Of a DNA stretch of 38,333 nucleotides, positions 1 to 11,108 are shown one piece after another. Under the pieces are notes generated by a model that was not told where the DNA came from, searched no databases, and worked only from the letters and a program-made list of their open reading frames with translations. The stretch's first letter is position 1. Every line of letters starts with the position of its first letter. The DNA is from Octopus bimaculoides (Eukaryota), in NCBI RefSeq assembly GCF_001194135.2, contig NC_068983.1, positions 28,842,783-28,881,115 of the forward strand, given 5' to 3'. The translations under genes and the position numbers were made by a program.

Positions 1-9
1 TATATAAAG

Positions 10-392
10 GCACAGGTATGGCTGTGTGATAAGAAGCTTGCTTCCCAGCCACATAGTTCCAGGTTCAGTCCCACTGCATGGTACCTTGGGCAAGTATCTT
101 CGACTATAGCCTCAGGCCAACCAAAGCCTTGTGAATGGATTTGGTAGATGGAAACTGAAAGAAGCCTGTTATATATATATATGTGTGTGTCTGTGTTTGT
201 TTCCCCCACCATAGCTTGACAACCGACGTTGGTGTGTTTACGTCCCCGTAACTTACCTGTTCAGCAAAAGAGGCCAATAGAATAAGTACTAGATTTACAA
301 AGAATAAGTCCTGGGGTCAATTCGTTTGACTAAAGGCAGTGCTCCAGCATGGCCACAATCAAATGACTGAAACAAGTAAAAGAATAAAAGAA
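10..392 (+). mobile_element. tRNA-derived CORE-type SINE (family B, resembling octopus OR-type SINEs), near full length
   Basis: tRNA-like head (ggctgtgtgataag...ggttcagtccc), CORE-like ccttgggcaagt segment, internal (TA/TG)n, tail gaaacaagtaaaagaataaaag; homologous copies recur across the window (e.g. 21335-21720, 30755-31170). Family naming is from recall. Confidence 0.8.
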
Positions 393-494
393 TATATATA
401 TACACACACTCACACACACAGAAGTGTATATTGTAACATATGGTTGACTAGTGTTTTGATGGTAGTGACCTTTGATTTTAAATAATTACCTCAT

Positions 495-612
495 TATTTT
501 AACATCCACTTTCCATGCTTGCATGGGTCAGACAGAATCTCCTGAAGCTGATTTTCTACAGCCAGATGCTATTCCTGTTTGCCAACTCTCGCCTGTTTCC
601 AAGCAAGATAAT
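495..612 (-). mobile_element. Degraded RTE-type 3' tail fragment (family D)
   Basis: tttaacatccactttccatgcttgcatggg matches the reverse complement of the family D end seen at 13718-13912 and 22560-22765. Confidence 0.5.
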
Positions 613-744
613 GGTTCCTTATAATTGGACATTTTTGACATCACTTGTATGACGGCAAAATTTACTTACCACTATTGCATAAGAGTTGTAAAGAAACAAC
701 AAACACACAAACATTCACAATCAAACTGTTACACACATGCTATT

Positions 745-777
<33 letters not shown>

Positions 778-1042
778 TACATACATATAAATTGATACGA
801 CAGGCCTCTTTCAGATATATATAGATACATCTTGTGAACTGCAAAAATTGCTGCTTAAACTTTATAATTCTTGAGGCTTCAAATATCATGCTGTTATAGG
901 AAGAAAATGACAAATGGACAAAGCTCTAAGGATTCTTTACATTTGAGCAACAGCAACATTATTGCATACATGCAGTTATATTTGGCAGTTATAGCAGATT
1001 TATTGACATTTTTATTTTATATATATATAGGCGTAGGAGTGG

Positions 1043-1131
1043 CTGTGTGGTAAGTAGCTTGCTTACCAACCACATGGTTCCAAGGGTTGTCACAACTGAA
1101 ATGCTTTTTAGCATAAGTCTGCTTGATCAGG
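1043..1131 (+). repeat. 89-bp direct repeat, copy 1 (begins in a truncated family B SINE head)
   Basis: 87/89 identical to 1518-1606 by direct comparison. Confidence 0.95.
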
Positions 1132-1518
1132 GTTGTTGTTGGCACTCCGTTGCTTACAACGTCGAGGGTTCCAATTGATCCAATCAACGGAACAGCCTGC
1201 TCGTGAAATTAACGTGCAAGTGGCTGAGCACTCCACAGACACGTGTACCTTTAACGTAGTTCTCGGGGATATTCAGCGTGACACAGTGTAACAAGGCTGA
1301 CCCTTTGAATTACAGGCACAACAGGAACAGGAATTAAGAGTGAGAGAAAGTTATGGTGGAAGAGTACAGCAGGGTTCGCCACCATCCCCTGCCAGAGCCT
1401 CATGGAGCTTTAGGTGTTTTCGCTCAATAAACACTCACAACGCCTGGTCTGGGAATTGAAACCATGATCTTATGACCGCGAGTCTGCTTCCCTAACCACT
1501 AGGCCATTGCGCCCCCAC
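1132..1518 (-). mobile_element. Full-length tRNA-derived SINE (family C) with (AAC)n tail
   Basis: Reverse complement is colinear with 29182-29570; tRNA-like A and B boxes at the 5' end (near 1450-1518); (AAC)n tail at 1132-1140. Confidence 0.85.
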
Positions 1519-1606
1519 TGTGTGGTAAGTAGCTTGCTTACAAACCACATGGTTCCAAGGGTTGTCACAACTGAAATGATTTTTAGCATAAGTCTGCTTG
1601 ATCAGG
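1518..1606 (+). repeat. 89-bp direct repeat, copy 2
   Basis: 87/89 identical to 1043-1131. Confidence 0.95.
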
Positions 1607-2419
1607 ATTAGCCAGGAGTTAAACAACAACAGAAACATATTCACTGTCAACAGCATCACAAATATTTTGATTGATATCACAATACTTCTTCCTTTTTTTC
1701 TTCCTCCTCCTTCTCCTCATTGCAATATTTACAAGTGAATCTGAATTCACAACCAAGTAATAACAAAAAAAAGAAATTGCATAAAACTCAAAAGCAGATT
1801 TAATAACCAATAGAAATGACAAAACCAGCAATCATTAAACACACATGTTAAAATCAAATTTAATGAAAGAAAACATATCTATTAAAAGCCTTGAAGCTAT
1901 CTTCAAAAAATGGCAAAACTTCTGTTCATAAGACTTGTTAAAAATCAAATGACCAAACTGGAGCAAATACATGAAATTAATCTCAATGTCATTTACAATG
2001 ACCAAACACTAAATTAATATAAAAATACAATTAAACCAATTTTACCAAAGTACTTAGGCATCTAATTGCCTTAGTATAACAACAGCTCAAGAGTGCCACT
2101 AATGAATATTTAGGAGAGGTTAGTTAGTCAGCAAAATTAATGAAATTTTAGCAAGAATTTGGAGAAATATTTGATGGAGATGAGTTTTCAGTGATCAGAA
2201 TTATTCTAGTCTGACTAACATTGCATTTTTAGGTTTTTGTTTTAATTTTTTATATTGATTTGCTTCTCTTAGCTATAAGAGAAATTAATCATAAATGAAG
2301 GAAATTGTTAAAATTTCATAAAAATTAGAATTAATTTATAAATAATATATTAACTTTTTTTTTTTACAGGCAATGTTTTTATGTCCAAGGAAATAGCTAA
2401 GGATGTACAAAATATAGAT

Positions 2420-3055
2420 GTAGGGCTGTGTGGTATAAAGTTTGCTTCCCAACCACATGGTTTCGGGTTCAGTCCCACAGCATGGGACGTTGGGCAAATG
2501 TCCATCAAGGAAATGAACTTGTTTGTCAAAGAACCAGAAATATACATATAGTTCTTTATATTATAGTGAAATAAAGAAAAGAAATAAAAGCTTGTCTGTC
2601 ACTGACCCAAAGTAAATATTTGACCAAGTAGATCAACAAGAAAAAGAACAGTAACAAACCTTGTTTCCAGAGTACCACAAGCCAAAAGTCTGGCGATGGC
2701 ATAGGAAATATTTTAACCATGGGCTGCCCAAAACCTTGGGAGTGGGTTTGATAGACGGTAACTGAAAGAAGTTTATGTGTGTATATGTGTGTGTGTGTGT
2801 GTGCATGTGTGCGTATAAGTGAGTGTGTGTATGTCTGTCTTTGTGTCTATGTTTATCCCCTGTCACAGCTTGACAACCAATGTTGTGTTGGTGTGTTTAT
2901 ATCACCGTAACTTTGCAGTTTGGCAAAAGAGATTGATAGAATAAGTACCAGGCTTAAAAAAAAAAACAAGTACTGGGGTCGATTCATTTCTCTAAAATTC
3001 TTCAAGGTGGTGCTCCGGCATGGCTACAGTCTAATGACTGAAAAGATATAAGGCA
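2420..3055 (+). mobile_element. Fragmented family B SINE (head ~2420-2506, body and tail ~2740-3055)
   Basis: Homology to 10-392 in two blocks. Confidence 0.65.
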
Positions 3056-3541
3056 AAGGATAAAAGTTAAAACTAGTGTTTATAGAAGTTTGTTCATTTT
3101 TATGTTATAGCCTGGATCAGATGGATATAGATTACAGAGACAATTTTCAACCAGATGTCTTCCCTATCACTCACTCTTATCTGTAAAATGTATCCTGTAA
3201 AAAAAAAGTTGTATTTAGTTATTTCATTGATCTACTGCCATATTTCATGTACTCCAATGAGAAAATATGGAAATGGATGTCATTTATTCATATGGCTACA
3301 TTCAGAGGTATAAATGTACAAATAAAAAAAAAGATAAAAAGTCCTTTCCAAGCTATAGACTCATAAAGCCAGTTTCCTGTATTATGTGGTGTATATACTC
3401 CACCTGGAAGTGGACATTGGACACTGGTCTGTTGCATGATTACACATTTTTGCTATAATCATGACCTGAATAACCTAACCACTAAGCCATGTTTCTTTAC
3501 TGTCCATACAAGGTGACACAAACACACACACATACACACAG

Positions 3542-3850
3542 AATGGGCTTCTTTTAGTTTCTGTTTATAAAATCCACTCACAAAGCTTAGATCAACCCAA
3601 GGTTACAGAAGAAATTTGCCCAAGATGCCTCACAGTGGAGCTGAATCCGAAACCACACTGTCAGGAAGTGAATTTCTCAACTGCACACACACACACACAC
3701 ACAATGGGCTTCTTTTAGTTTCTGCTTATAAAATCCACTCACAAATCTTAGATCAACCCATGGTTACAGAAGAAATTTGCCCAAGATGCCTCACAGTGGA
3801 GCTGAATCTGAAACCACACTGTCAGAAAGTGAATTTCTCAACTACACATG
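3542..3850 (-). repeat. Tandem duplication (period 161 bp) of a degraded family B SINE 5' fragment
   Basis: aatgggcttcttttagtttct starts at 3542 and 3703; the units are near-identical and separated by (CA)n. Confidence 0.85.
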
Positions 3851-4189
3851 CCTACACACACACATATATATATATTGACAGTCGGCCTTCATCTCCTTGT
3901 CAGCTTGGACATGCATGTTCCAGATGACAGAAGCCGGTTAATTGTCATGTAACATGTTTAATTCTTATTTACATCACTTCTCATTTATTTTCACATCTAA
4001 GCGTTGGTATATTGCCCAGTAGGTAGAATTAGCTGCTGCCAACTCTCTCATGTCTGTGAATATACTCTAACTTGGCAAAGGTTAGGCTGCTGGAAATGAT
4101 GCGATCACTTACTTCATTGTACTGGTTCCACACTCTCTCCACTTAGCATCATTTCTTTTCCATTGTTATATTTTCGTAATAAGGTGTCA

Positions 4190-4395
4190 AGCTGGCAGAA
4201 TGGTTAGCGTGCCAAGCAAAGTGCTTCATGGCATTTCGTCCGTCTTTAGGTTCTGAGTTCAAATTCCACTGATATCTACTTTGCCTTTTATCCTCTTGGG
4301 GAAGATAAAATAAGTGTCAATAGAGCTCTGAGGTCGATGTAATTGACTTAATCCTTCCCTCAAAAATGCTGGCCTTGTGCCAAAATCTGAAACCA
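4190..4395 (+). mobile_element. tRNA-derived SINE family A, degraded
   Basis: gctggcagaatggttagc A-box-like and gagttcaaattcc B-box; colinear with 25450-25682. Confidence 0.75.
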
Positions 4396-4414
4396 TTATT
4401 ATTATTATCATATA

Positions 4415-4625
4415 AGGTGGCGAGCTGGCAGAATTGTTAGTGTATGGGATGAAATGCTTAGCGGTATTTCACCTGTTGCTACGTTGTGAGTTCAAATTCC
4501 GCCAAGGTTGACTTTACCTTTCATCCTTTCAGGGTCGATAAATTAAGTACCAGTGAAACACTGGGGTTGATATAATCAACTAGTCCCCACCTAACAAATT
4601 TGAGGCCTTGTGCCTCCAGTAGAAA
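4415..4625 (+). mobile_element. SINE family A
   Basis: ggtggcgagctggcagaa head, gagttcaaattcc, ctttcatcctttcagggtcgataaattaagtaccag core. Confidence 0.8.
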
Positions 4626-4637
4626 GGATGATGATGA

Positions 4638-4836
4638 TGATTATTATTATTATTGAGTGAGAGAGCAGTGCATGCCATCAAAGTGACACTGGGGTAAAAT
4701 ATACGAAGCCCATTATACCCATCATGACTACCCGTCTGATAAGGGTACACCAGGCACATGCATCACAACCATGTGTGTGTGCAACATGGTGATCTCATAT
4801 CAAGATAAACAGCGCATGACCTTGCAGGTGGGGACC
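4638..4836 (-). mobile_element. Interspersed repeat family E, 3' fragment with (AAT)n tail
   Basis: Reverse-complement match to ~10895-11107. Confidence 0.75.
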
Positions 4837-4872
4837 ATATTATTATTATTATTATTATTATTATTGTTACTT

Positions 4873-5090
4873 AGGTGACAAGTTGGGACAACTGTTAGCA
4901 TGCCAGGCAAAATGCTTAGCAGCATTTTGTCAGTCTTTATGTTCTCAGTTCAAATTTGACTAAGGTCAACTTAGCATTTTATCCTTTCAGGGTTGATAAA
5001 ATAAGCACCAGTCGAGCACTGGGGTCGCCGTAATTGACTTACCCCATCCTCCAAAATTGCTGGCCTTGTGACAAAATATTAAGGTAGAGA
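4873..5090 (+). mobile_element. SINE family A, degraded
   Basis: Colinear with other family A copies. Confidence 0.7.
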
Positions 5091-5653
5091 ATTGGCTTAC
5101 TTTTCAGATTGTTGGTTAGAATGCTTCATAGTATTTGTTTTAGCTCTCAGCACTTAGAATCCAAATACTGCTGCCTTCAGCTTTGCCTTTCAAGCTTTCG
5201 AGTCAGGTCAGGTGTGGAAGGCAAGTACCATTGCAGCGTGTCACTGCATCCAACATCTCCTAGTGGATAACACCTTTGTACCACTTAGGCAACAACCCCC
5301 ACAACCCAGCCTGTCCTCCAGCATTATCCCCATTTGGCAGATGGGGTGGGGCTGACAACTTTATCCCATCGCTTCACACAATATGCCTCTTAGGCAGTTG
5401 AGGTGCTACCCCAGAGAAAAGAACTTGATAGGTGTTTGGGTAGTGTTTGCTTGGGAGGGTTTTACAAGGTCAGATTGCAAATCCTGCCTCAACCTCTTTT
5501 AGTCACCTTTTACGACACTCAAAGGAAATGTTGGGTCTATTCTTTGGCATGCTGGTCCTCACAGAGTGTTGATAAAAAAATTAATTATTCAAAGAAGTGG
5601 ATTGGTGAAAGTACTACAGTTTCAGACGTTCCATGCATTCTAACAGAAATACT

Positions 5654-5841
5654 AGTGGTATTTCGTCTGTCTTTACGTTCTGAGTTCAAATTCCACCGAG
5701 GTCAACTTTGCCTTTCATCCTTTTGGGGTCGATAAATTAAGTACCAGTTACGCACTGAGGTCAATGTAATCGACTTAATCCCTTTGTCTGTCCTTTGTCT
5801 ATCCCCTCTATGCTTAGCCCCTTGTGGGCAATAAAGAAATA
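5654..5841 (+). mobile_element. 5'-truncated young SINE family A with 9-bp TSD
   Basis: TSD agaaatact at 5645-5653 and 5842-5850; tail gtgggcaataaagaaata. Confidence 0.85.
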
Positions 5842-6029
5842 AGAAATACTTGCATTGGCACTGGTGCCCCACATTGGACAACAATAGCTGCACAGAGGGG
5901 TACTTGCATATATAAGTAGCTGCTTGTCTTCCAGAAAAATAAAACACCTTGCACATACGGGTACATACCATAGTCAGACCTTGGTCAATAGCAGCCATAG
6001 AATCATAATTATTGCTGTTAAATAGAGAA

Positions 6030-6245
6030 GGTAGCAAGCTAGCAGAATCATTAACATTCCAGACAAAAAAAAAATGCTTAGATGCATTCTCTGTCTCTGC
6101 ATTCTGAGTTCAAATTCCACCAAGGCCAGCTTTACTTCTCATCCTTTCAGGTTCAATAAAATAAGTACCAGTTGAGTACTCGAGTCAATGTAATCAACCA
6201 GCCCCCTCTTCACAAATTATAGGCCTTGTGCTTATAATAGAAAGG
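6030..6245 (+). mobile_element. SINE family A, degraded
   Basis: ctgagttcaaattccacc and ctcatcctttcaggttcaataaaataagtaccag. Confidence 0.7.
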
Positions 6246-6764
6246 ATAATCGTTAAATAGAATATGATGTGGGTGTTTGGCTCGTTATATACAAATATTG
6301 GCACCTAAAATAACACTTTAGTAAAAGTAATTGTTTTGTCCCTTCTGCTGCCCTCTATCAGATGAATGAAAACTAACTGATGTATAAAATTAAGAAAATA
6401 TTCCGATCTCTCTAGATGTCCATAATTTATAAATAACATGAGCAGGTTACAGGCAACATGCCATTTGGCAGTAATGAGGAAAATTTGCCTGAGAGGAACT
6501 GATTAACTGATTTTTTTTTCCTACTTTTCTGGACAAGATTTTTCTTCTTATTGATTCAGTTCATAGATTCTGTTTGTGTAGTTCTGATATCCATAATAAT
6601 TTTCCTTCACGTTCACTTCAGTAAGACTGACTTAAATATTCCCTACCAGCTAAGTAGCTTAGATCAAGTATGGTAAAAATATTTTTCTACCAGCAGGCCT
6701 TATGAGATTTTGTTCTTCATAAATCAGATTACTAAAAAAATTAAGCTAACAAACATCATCTGCA

Positions 6765-7048
6765 AAACAGAGTATATCATGTAAACATTAACTCTGGACT
6801 ACATCATATATCATATTAAGTACAGCATATTCCTTTTATGATATTAAATACAGAGTGCCCATATATTACATTAACTATGGCGAATAACATATGCTCTATT
6901 AGTTATAGAGTGCAACATATATTCTACAAAGTACGGAGTATGGCATGCATTAAGTACTGAGCACACCATACAGTACATCATATATTACATAAAGTGCAGA
7001 GTATATCATATAATGTTAAATACAGAGTACACCATATTCCACTAAGTA
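6765..7048 (+). repeat. Degenerate ~27-28 bp minisatellite, ~10 units
   Basis: Recurrent unit like acagagtacaccatatattacattaagt (e.g. acagagtgcccatatattacattaact, acagagtacaccatattccactaagt). Confidence 0.65.
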
Positions 7049-7184
7049 AATCTCAAGTAGTTGATCATAAGAAGATCTGATTGAATAAGAAAGAAATGAA
7101 ACTGACCAAATTAACAATATTTGATCCAAAGATTATGCTACAAAATTTCAGTGAATATGATGAAAGTAAATAGGACAAAAATAA

Positions 7185-7560
7185 ATAGGATGAAAGGCAA
7201 AATCAAACTCGGTGGAATTTGAACACAGAACATAAAGACAGACAAAATGCCATTATCAGTTTTACCTAGTGTGCTAATGATTCTGCCAGCTTGCCCTCTT
7301 ATTATGTTTGAATAATAACATAAGCAAACTGACAAAGTTGTTTGAGAATTAGATAGAATGCGTTGCTGAATTTGTTTTCATTCTATGCACCTTGTGTTCA
7401 AATTCTGCCAAGGAAAACATAGTCCTTCATCCTTTCAGAGTTGATAAAAAAAAAGAGCACCAATTCAAGGTGCCAGATTAGCAGAACTGTAAGAACATCA
7501 GACGGGATACTTGATGGTATTTGTTTGAGATCTTTACATTCTGAGATAAAATTCTACCAC
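7185..7560. mobile_element. Cluster of degraded family A SINE fragments (one minus, two plus)
   Basis: ggaatttgaacacagaac (minus); gttcaaattctgcc and gctgg/ttagcagaa heads (plus). Confidence 0.55.
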
Positions 7561-8056
7561 TGCATACACTTATTTAGCCACCTGGTTTAGCACTACCAAC
7601 TGTCCCCGACAGGTGCCTTGGATAAAGTTCATACAGTTACAAGCAAACTCTGGTGTGAGTCTGAGGATATCTTCTTCCATCTCAGAGGCCCTATACAAAG
7701 GCTTGGGCATTGCATTCTTTCCTGACTTTAAGAAATAAAAAAAAGTAGGGGTTGAACGCAAAAGGCTACCTACTGTCTGAGTGTCATAGGTTCCCATGTG
7801 GGGTGCAGATTATGCAGGGATCTGCATTTCATGAACTTATTTTGAATTCTAAGCAACATACTCTTTTTTGAAGAATTTTCAGCATTTCTAAAAAAAAAAT
7901 GTTCTCAAATGAACACAAAGTAAGTGATTCACAGACACCAGAATCCTCTTTACCATGCAGAAATACTTTGGAAATAAGCCAAAAACCTTTCTACTCCAAC
8001 AAGGATAAGAATATCTAATATTGATGAGAAATATCTGATACATCTAATGTAAAATC

Positions 8057-8514
8057 TGTGTGTGTATGTGCTTGTGTGTGTAAGTGCTTGTGTGTGTGTG
8101 TGTATGTCTGTGTGCATGACTGTGTGTATGTATATATACATGTGTATGTGGGTGTGAGCATGTATGTATGTATGTATATGTCTATATGAATATGTATATA
8201 TATATATACACACACACACACACANNNNNNNNNNNNNNNNNNNNNNNNNNNNNNNNNNNNNNNNNNNNNNNNNNNNNNNNNNNNNNNNNNNNNNNNNNNN
8301 NNNNNNNNNNNNNNNNNNNNNNNNNNNNNNNNNNNNNNNNNNNNNNNNNNNNNNNNNNNNNNNNNNNNNNNNNNNNNNNNNNNNNNNNNNNNNNNNNNNN
8401 NNNNNNNNNNNNNNNNNNNNNNNNNNNNNNNNNNNNNNNNNNNNNNNNNNNNNNNNNNNNNNNNNNNNNNNNNNNNNNNNNNNNNNNNNNNNNNNNNNNN
8501 NNNNNNNNNNNNNN

Positions 8515-8545
<31 letters not shown>

Positions 8546-8761
8546 ATATATATATATATATATATGTATATTCATTCATATAAATATATATATATATATA
8601 CATACATGCATATATATATGTATATATGTAAGTATGAATTATGAATATAAGTATATGTGTGTGTGTGTGTATGTCTGTGTGCATGACTGTGTGTATGTAT
8701 ATATACATGTGTATGTGGGTGTGAGCATGTATGTATGTATGTATATGTCTATATGAATATG

Positions 8762-8797
<36 letters not shown>

Positions 8798-8830
8798 TAT
8801 ATAATGTGGAGATTATATATGTGTGTGTAT
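8057..8830. repeat. Compound (TG/TA/CA)n microsatellite region spanning an assembly gap
   Basis: Directly visible dinucleotide arrays. Confidence 0.95.
8226..8514. other. Assembly gap (N run)
   Basis: N run flanked by (CA)n and (TA)n. Confidence 0.99.
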
Positions 8831-9155
8831 GGAATACAATTCAGCTGAACAGATGAAGCCAGAAACATTTACAGCTGATGCCATGTTCTCAAGATGTTTG
8901 ATAATGTAATCATAATATTGAAAGTATTGAAAACAAATTTACTCAAAGAGTTTCTTTTCTTTTGTTGATGATAAGAAGAGAAATATATGTTGCTTTATTG
9001 TGGCTTTGTTAGATTATATAGTTCAATAATTCTAAGTAAAAATAACTTTGATTCTTCTTCTTGATCAAAAATTTCAATTTTAGTGCCATGTGATATGTAT
9101 GTATGTGTATGTATAGGAGAGAAAGAGTGAGAGAAAAGATTTTTATGAATTGCTA

Positions 9156-9197
<42 letters not shown>

Positions 9198-9728
9198 CAC
9201 ACACACAAAGATATGTATGCACAAATGTATATATATAGAAATGTATATACATATACCTAAACATATATATATACATGTGTGTATGTGTATGTATATATAA
9301 ACATATATATACAGACACACACATATACAGTATATACATGCACACCAGCTGATGAAGGAAAAGTTCCATAAGTGGTTTGTCTGTTTTCCTATGTGTTCAT
9401 TCTGTTGCCCGTAAAAAAAGTCAGTTTTTTGTGCTTTGTTTATGTTCCCGTTCCTTTTTTTGTCCACTTTTTTTGATGTCCTGTACCTGGATATGCGTCT
9501 ATATATACATGTAGATGTAGGTATGTACATATATGTATGTATACATGCATATGTTCATATATTATTTGTATTATTATATATATATATATATATATATATA
9601 GTGAAGTATATTGCCACTTAAATGTGGCTGACTCCTAGGGGTGGATGTTACTGTTGCTTTTAGCCCCAGGAGGACATCTCCTCCAGCTGGCTTATCGACA
9701 CACTTCTGTGTGGAAACAGGACACAGAA

Positions 9729-9970
9729 NNNNNNNNNNNNNNNNNNNNNNNNNNNNNNNNNNNNNNNNNNNNNNNNNNNNNNNNNNNNNNNNNNNNNNNN
9801 NNNNNNNNNNNNNNNNNNNNNNNNNNNNNNNNNNNNNNNNNNNNNNNNNNNNNNNNNNNNNNNNNNNNNNNNNNNNNNNNNNNNNNNNNNNNNNNNNNNN
9901 NNNNNNNNNNNNNNNNNNNNNNNNNNNNNNNNNNNNNNNNNNNNNNNNNNNNNNNNNNNNNNNNNNNNNN
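9729..9970. other. Assembly gap (N run)
   Basis: N run followed by (TA)n. Confidence 0.99.
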
Positions 9971-10009
<39 letters not shown>

Positions 10010-10015
<6 letters not shown>

Positions 10016-10188
10016 GATGATAAGGAGAATGAAGAATTTGAACATTCAAACTTCATGTTTATTTCCAGTTAATTTATTCATAATAACTCTCTGAGCGAAA
10101 TACATTCGGACAGTTATTATGAACAAACTAATTGGAAATAAACAAAGTTTGAATGTTCAAATTCTTCATTATCATTATTATCAATATT
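10010..10188. mobile_element. Near-perfect ~180-bp palindrome, putative TA-flanked MITE
   Basis: Left arm aatattgatgataaggagaatgaagaatttgaacattcaaactt... matches the reverse complement of the right arm ...aagtttgaatgttcaaattcttcattatcattattatcaatatt; short central loop near 10096-10104. Confidence 0.7.
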
Positions 10189-10431
10189 GTACTTTACACT
10201 CTAAGTAGCCAAGAAATAAATTGTGACATTGGATGGGAGTTAAAGGACATTTACCAAAAAATGCACCATCTGAAGGAACCAGCCTTGACATTTAACATAG
10301 AGAAATTCAGTATCTGCCTGGTTGTTATATCCCTCCTCTTACCATATATATATATATATAAGAGTGAACAAACAAAAAGAAAAGGCACTCAACACATTCA
10401 GTAGGAGTTACAAGCCAAATCAAACTGTTTT

Positions 10432-10432
10432 A

Positions 10433-10506
<74 letters not shown>
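10432..10506 (+). repeat. (AAT)n microsatellite
   Basis: Perfect trinucleotide array. Confidence 0.98.
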
Positions 10507-10509
10507 GAG

Positions 10510-10590
10510 AAGGCAGTGAGCTGGCAGAATCGGTAGCATGCCAGGCGAAATGCTTAGCGGTATTTCATATGTCTTTACGTTCTGAGTTCA
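10510..10590 (+). mobile_element. SINE family A head, 3'-truncated
   Basis: ggcagtgagctggcagaatcggtagc...ttctgagttcaa. Confidence 0.75.
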
Positions 10591-11074
10591 AGGGAGAAAA
10601 TCTTGGTATAAAAGATGGGCTACAGCAAATATTCTGCTCAATACCACAGATTTGCTTGTCAGTTGTTTGACCTTAACCAGTTGAGCATGTCCCTTAATGG
10701 ATGATGTTATGTGCATCTCTGATCACGAGCAAAAGTAGTGGGGGAACATCATAGCCATGTGTTGAAAGGAATTCTTTGGGGTTTGAATAATTCACCTTTG
10801 GAAACATGGGTATTTTGCTCAATATCCTTAAACAAACCTTATTCGGGGACCTTTTGAGCGGAATGGGCTACTTGACCTGAAGAAAATTCTAACTGGGACC
10901 CACCTGCAAGGTCATGTGCTGTTTATCTTGATATGAGGTCACCATGTCGCACACATATGGTTGTGATGCATGTGCCTGGTGTACCCTTATCAGATGGGTA
11001 GTCATGATGGGTATAATGGGCTTTGTATATTTTACCCCAGTGTCACTTTGATGGCATGCACTGCTCTCTCATGC

Positions 11075-11107
<33 letters not shown>
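10591..11107 (+). mobile_element. Interspersed repeat family E (~490 bp) ending in an (AAT)n tail; probable retroposon 3' end
   Basis: Matches 4638-4836 and 38001-38190 in reverse complement; the simple-repeat tail is at the same end in both tailed copies. Confidence 0.75.

Positions 11108-11108
<1 letters not shown>

Noticed and set aside
1619-1831. ORF with RRRRRKKKRKK NLS-like run
   Set aside because: It derives from a GA-rich simple repeat and has no other support.
7570-7797. 75-aa ORF with protein-like composition
   Set aside because: No recognisable motif, weak donor, and length within chance expectation.
9349-9371. CUGAUGA-A-GGAA(AAG)UUCC-AUAA hammerhead-like start
   Set aside because: The essential GAAA box is absent and there are no stems I or III. 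At most it is a dead remnant.
7950-10094. Long ORFs of 110-190 aa in the track ([13 protein letters not shown] runs)
   Set aside because: They are produced by dinucleotide microsatellites and N gaps. The same applies to ORFs at 16583-17228, 27884-28708 and 36510-37175.
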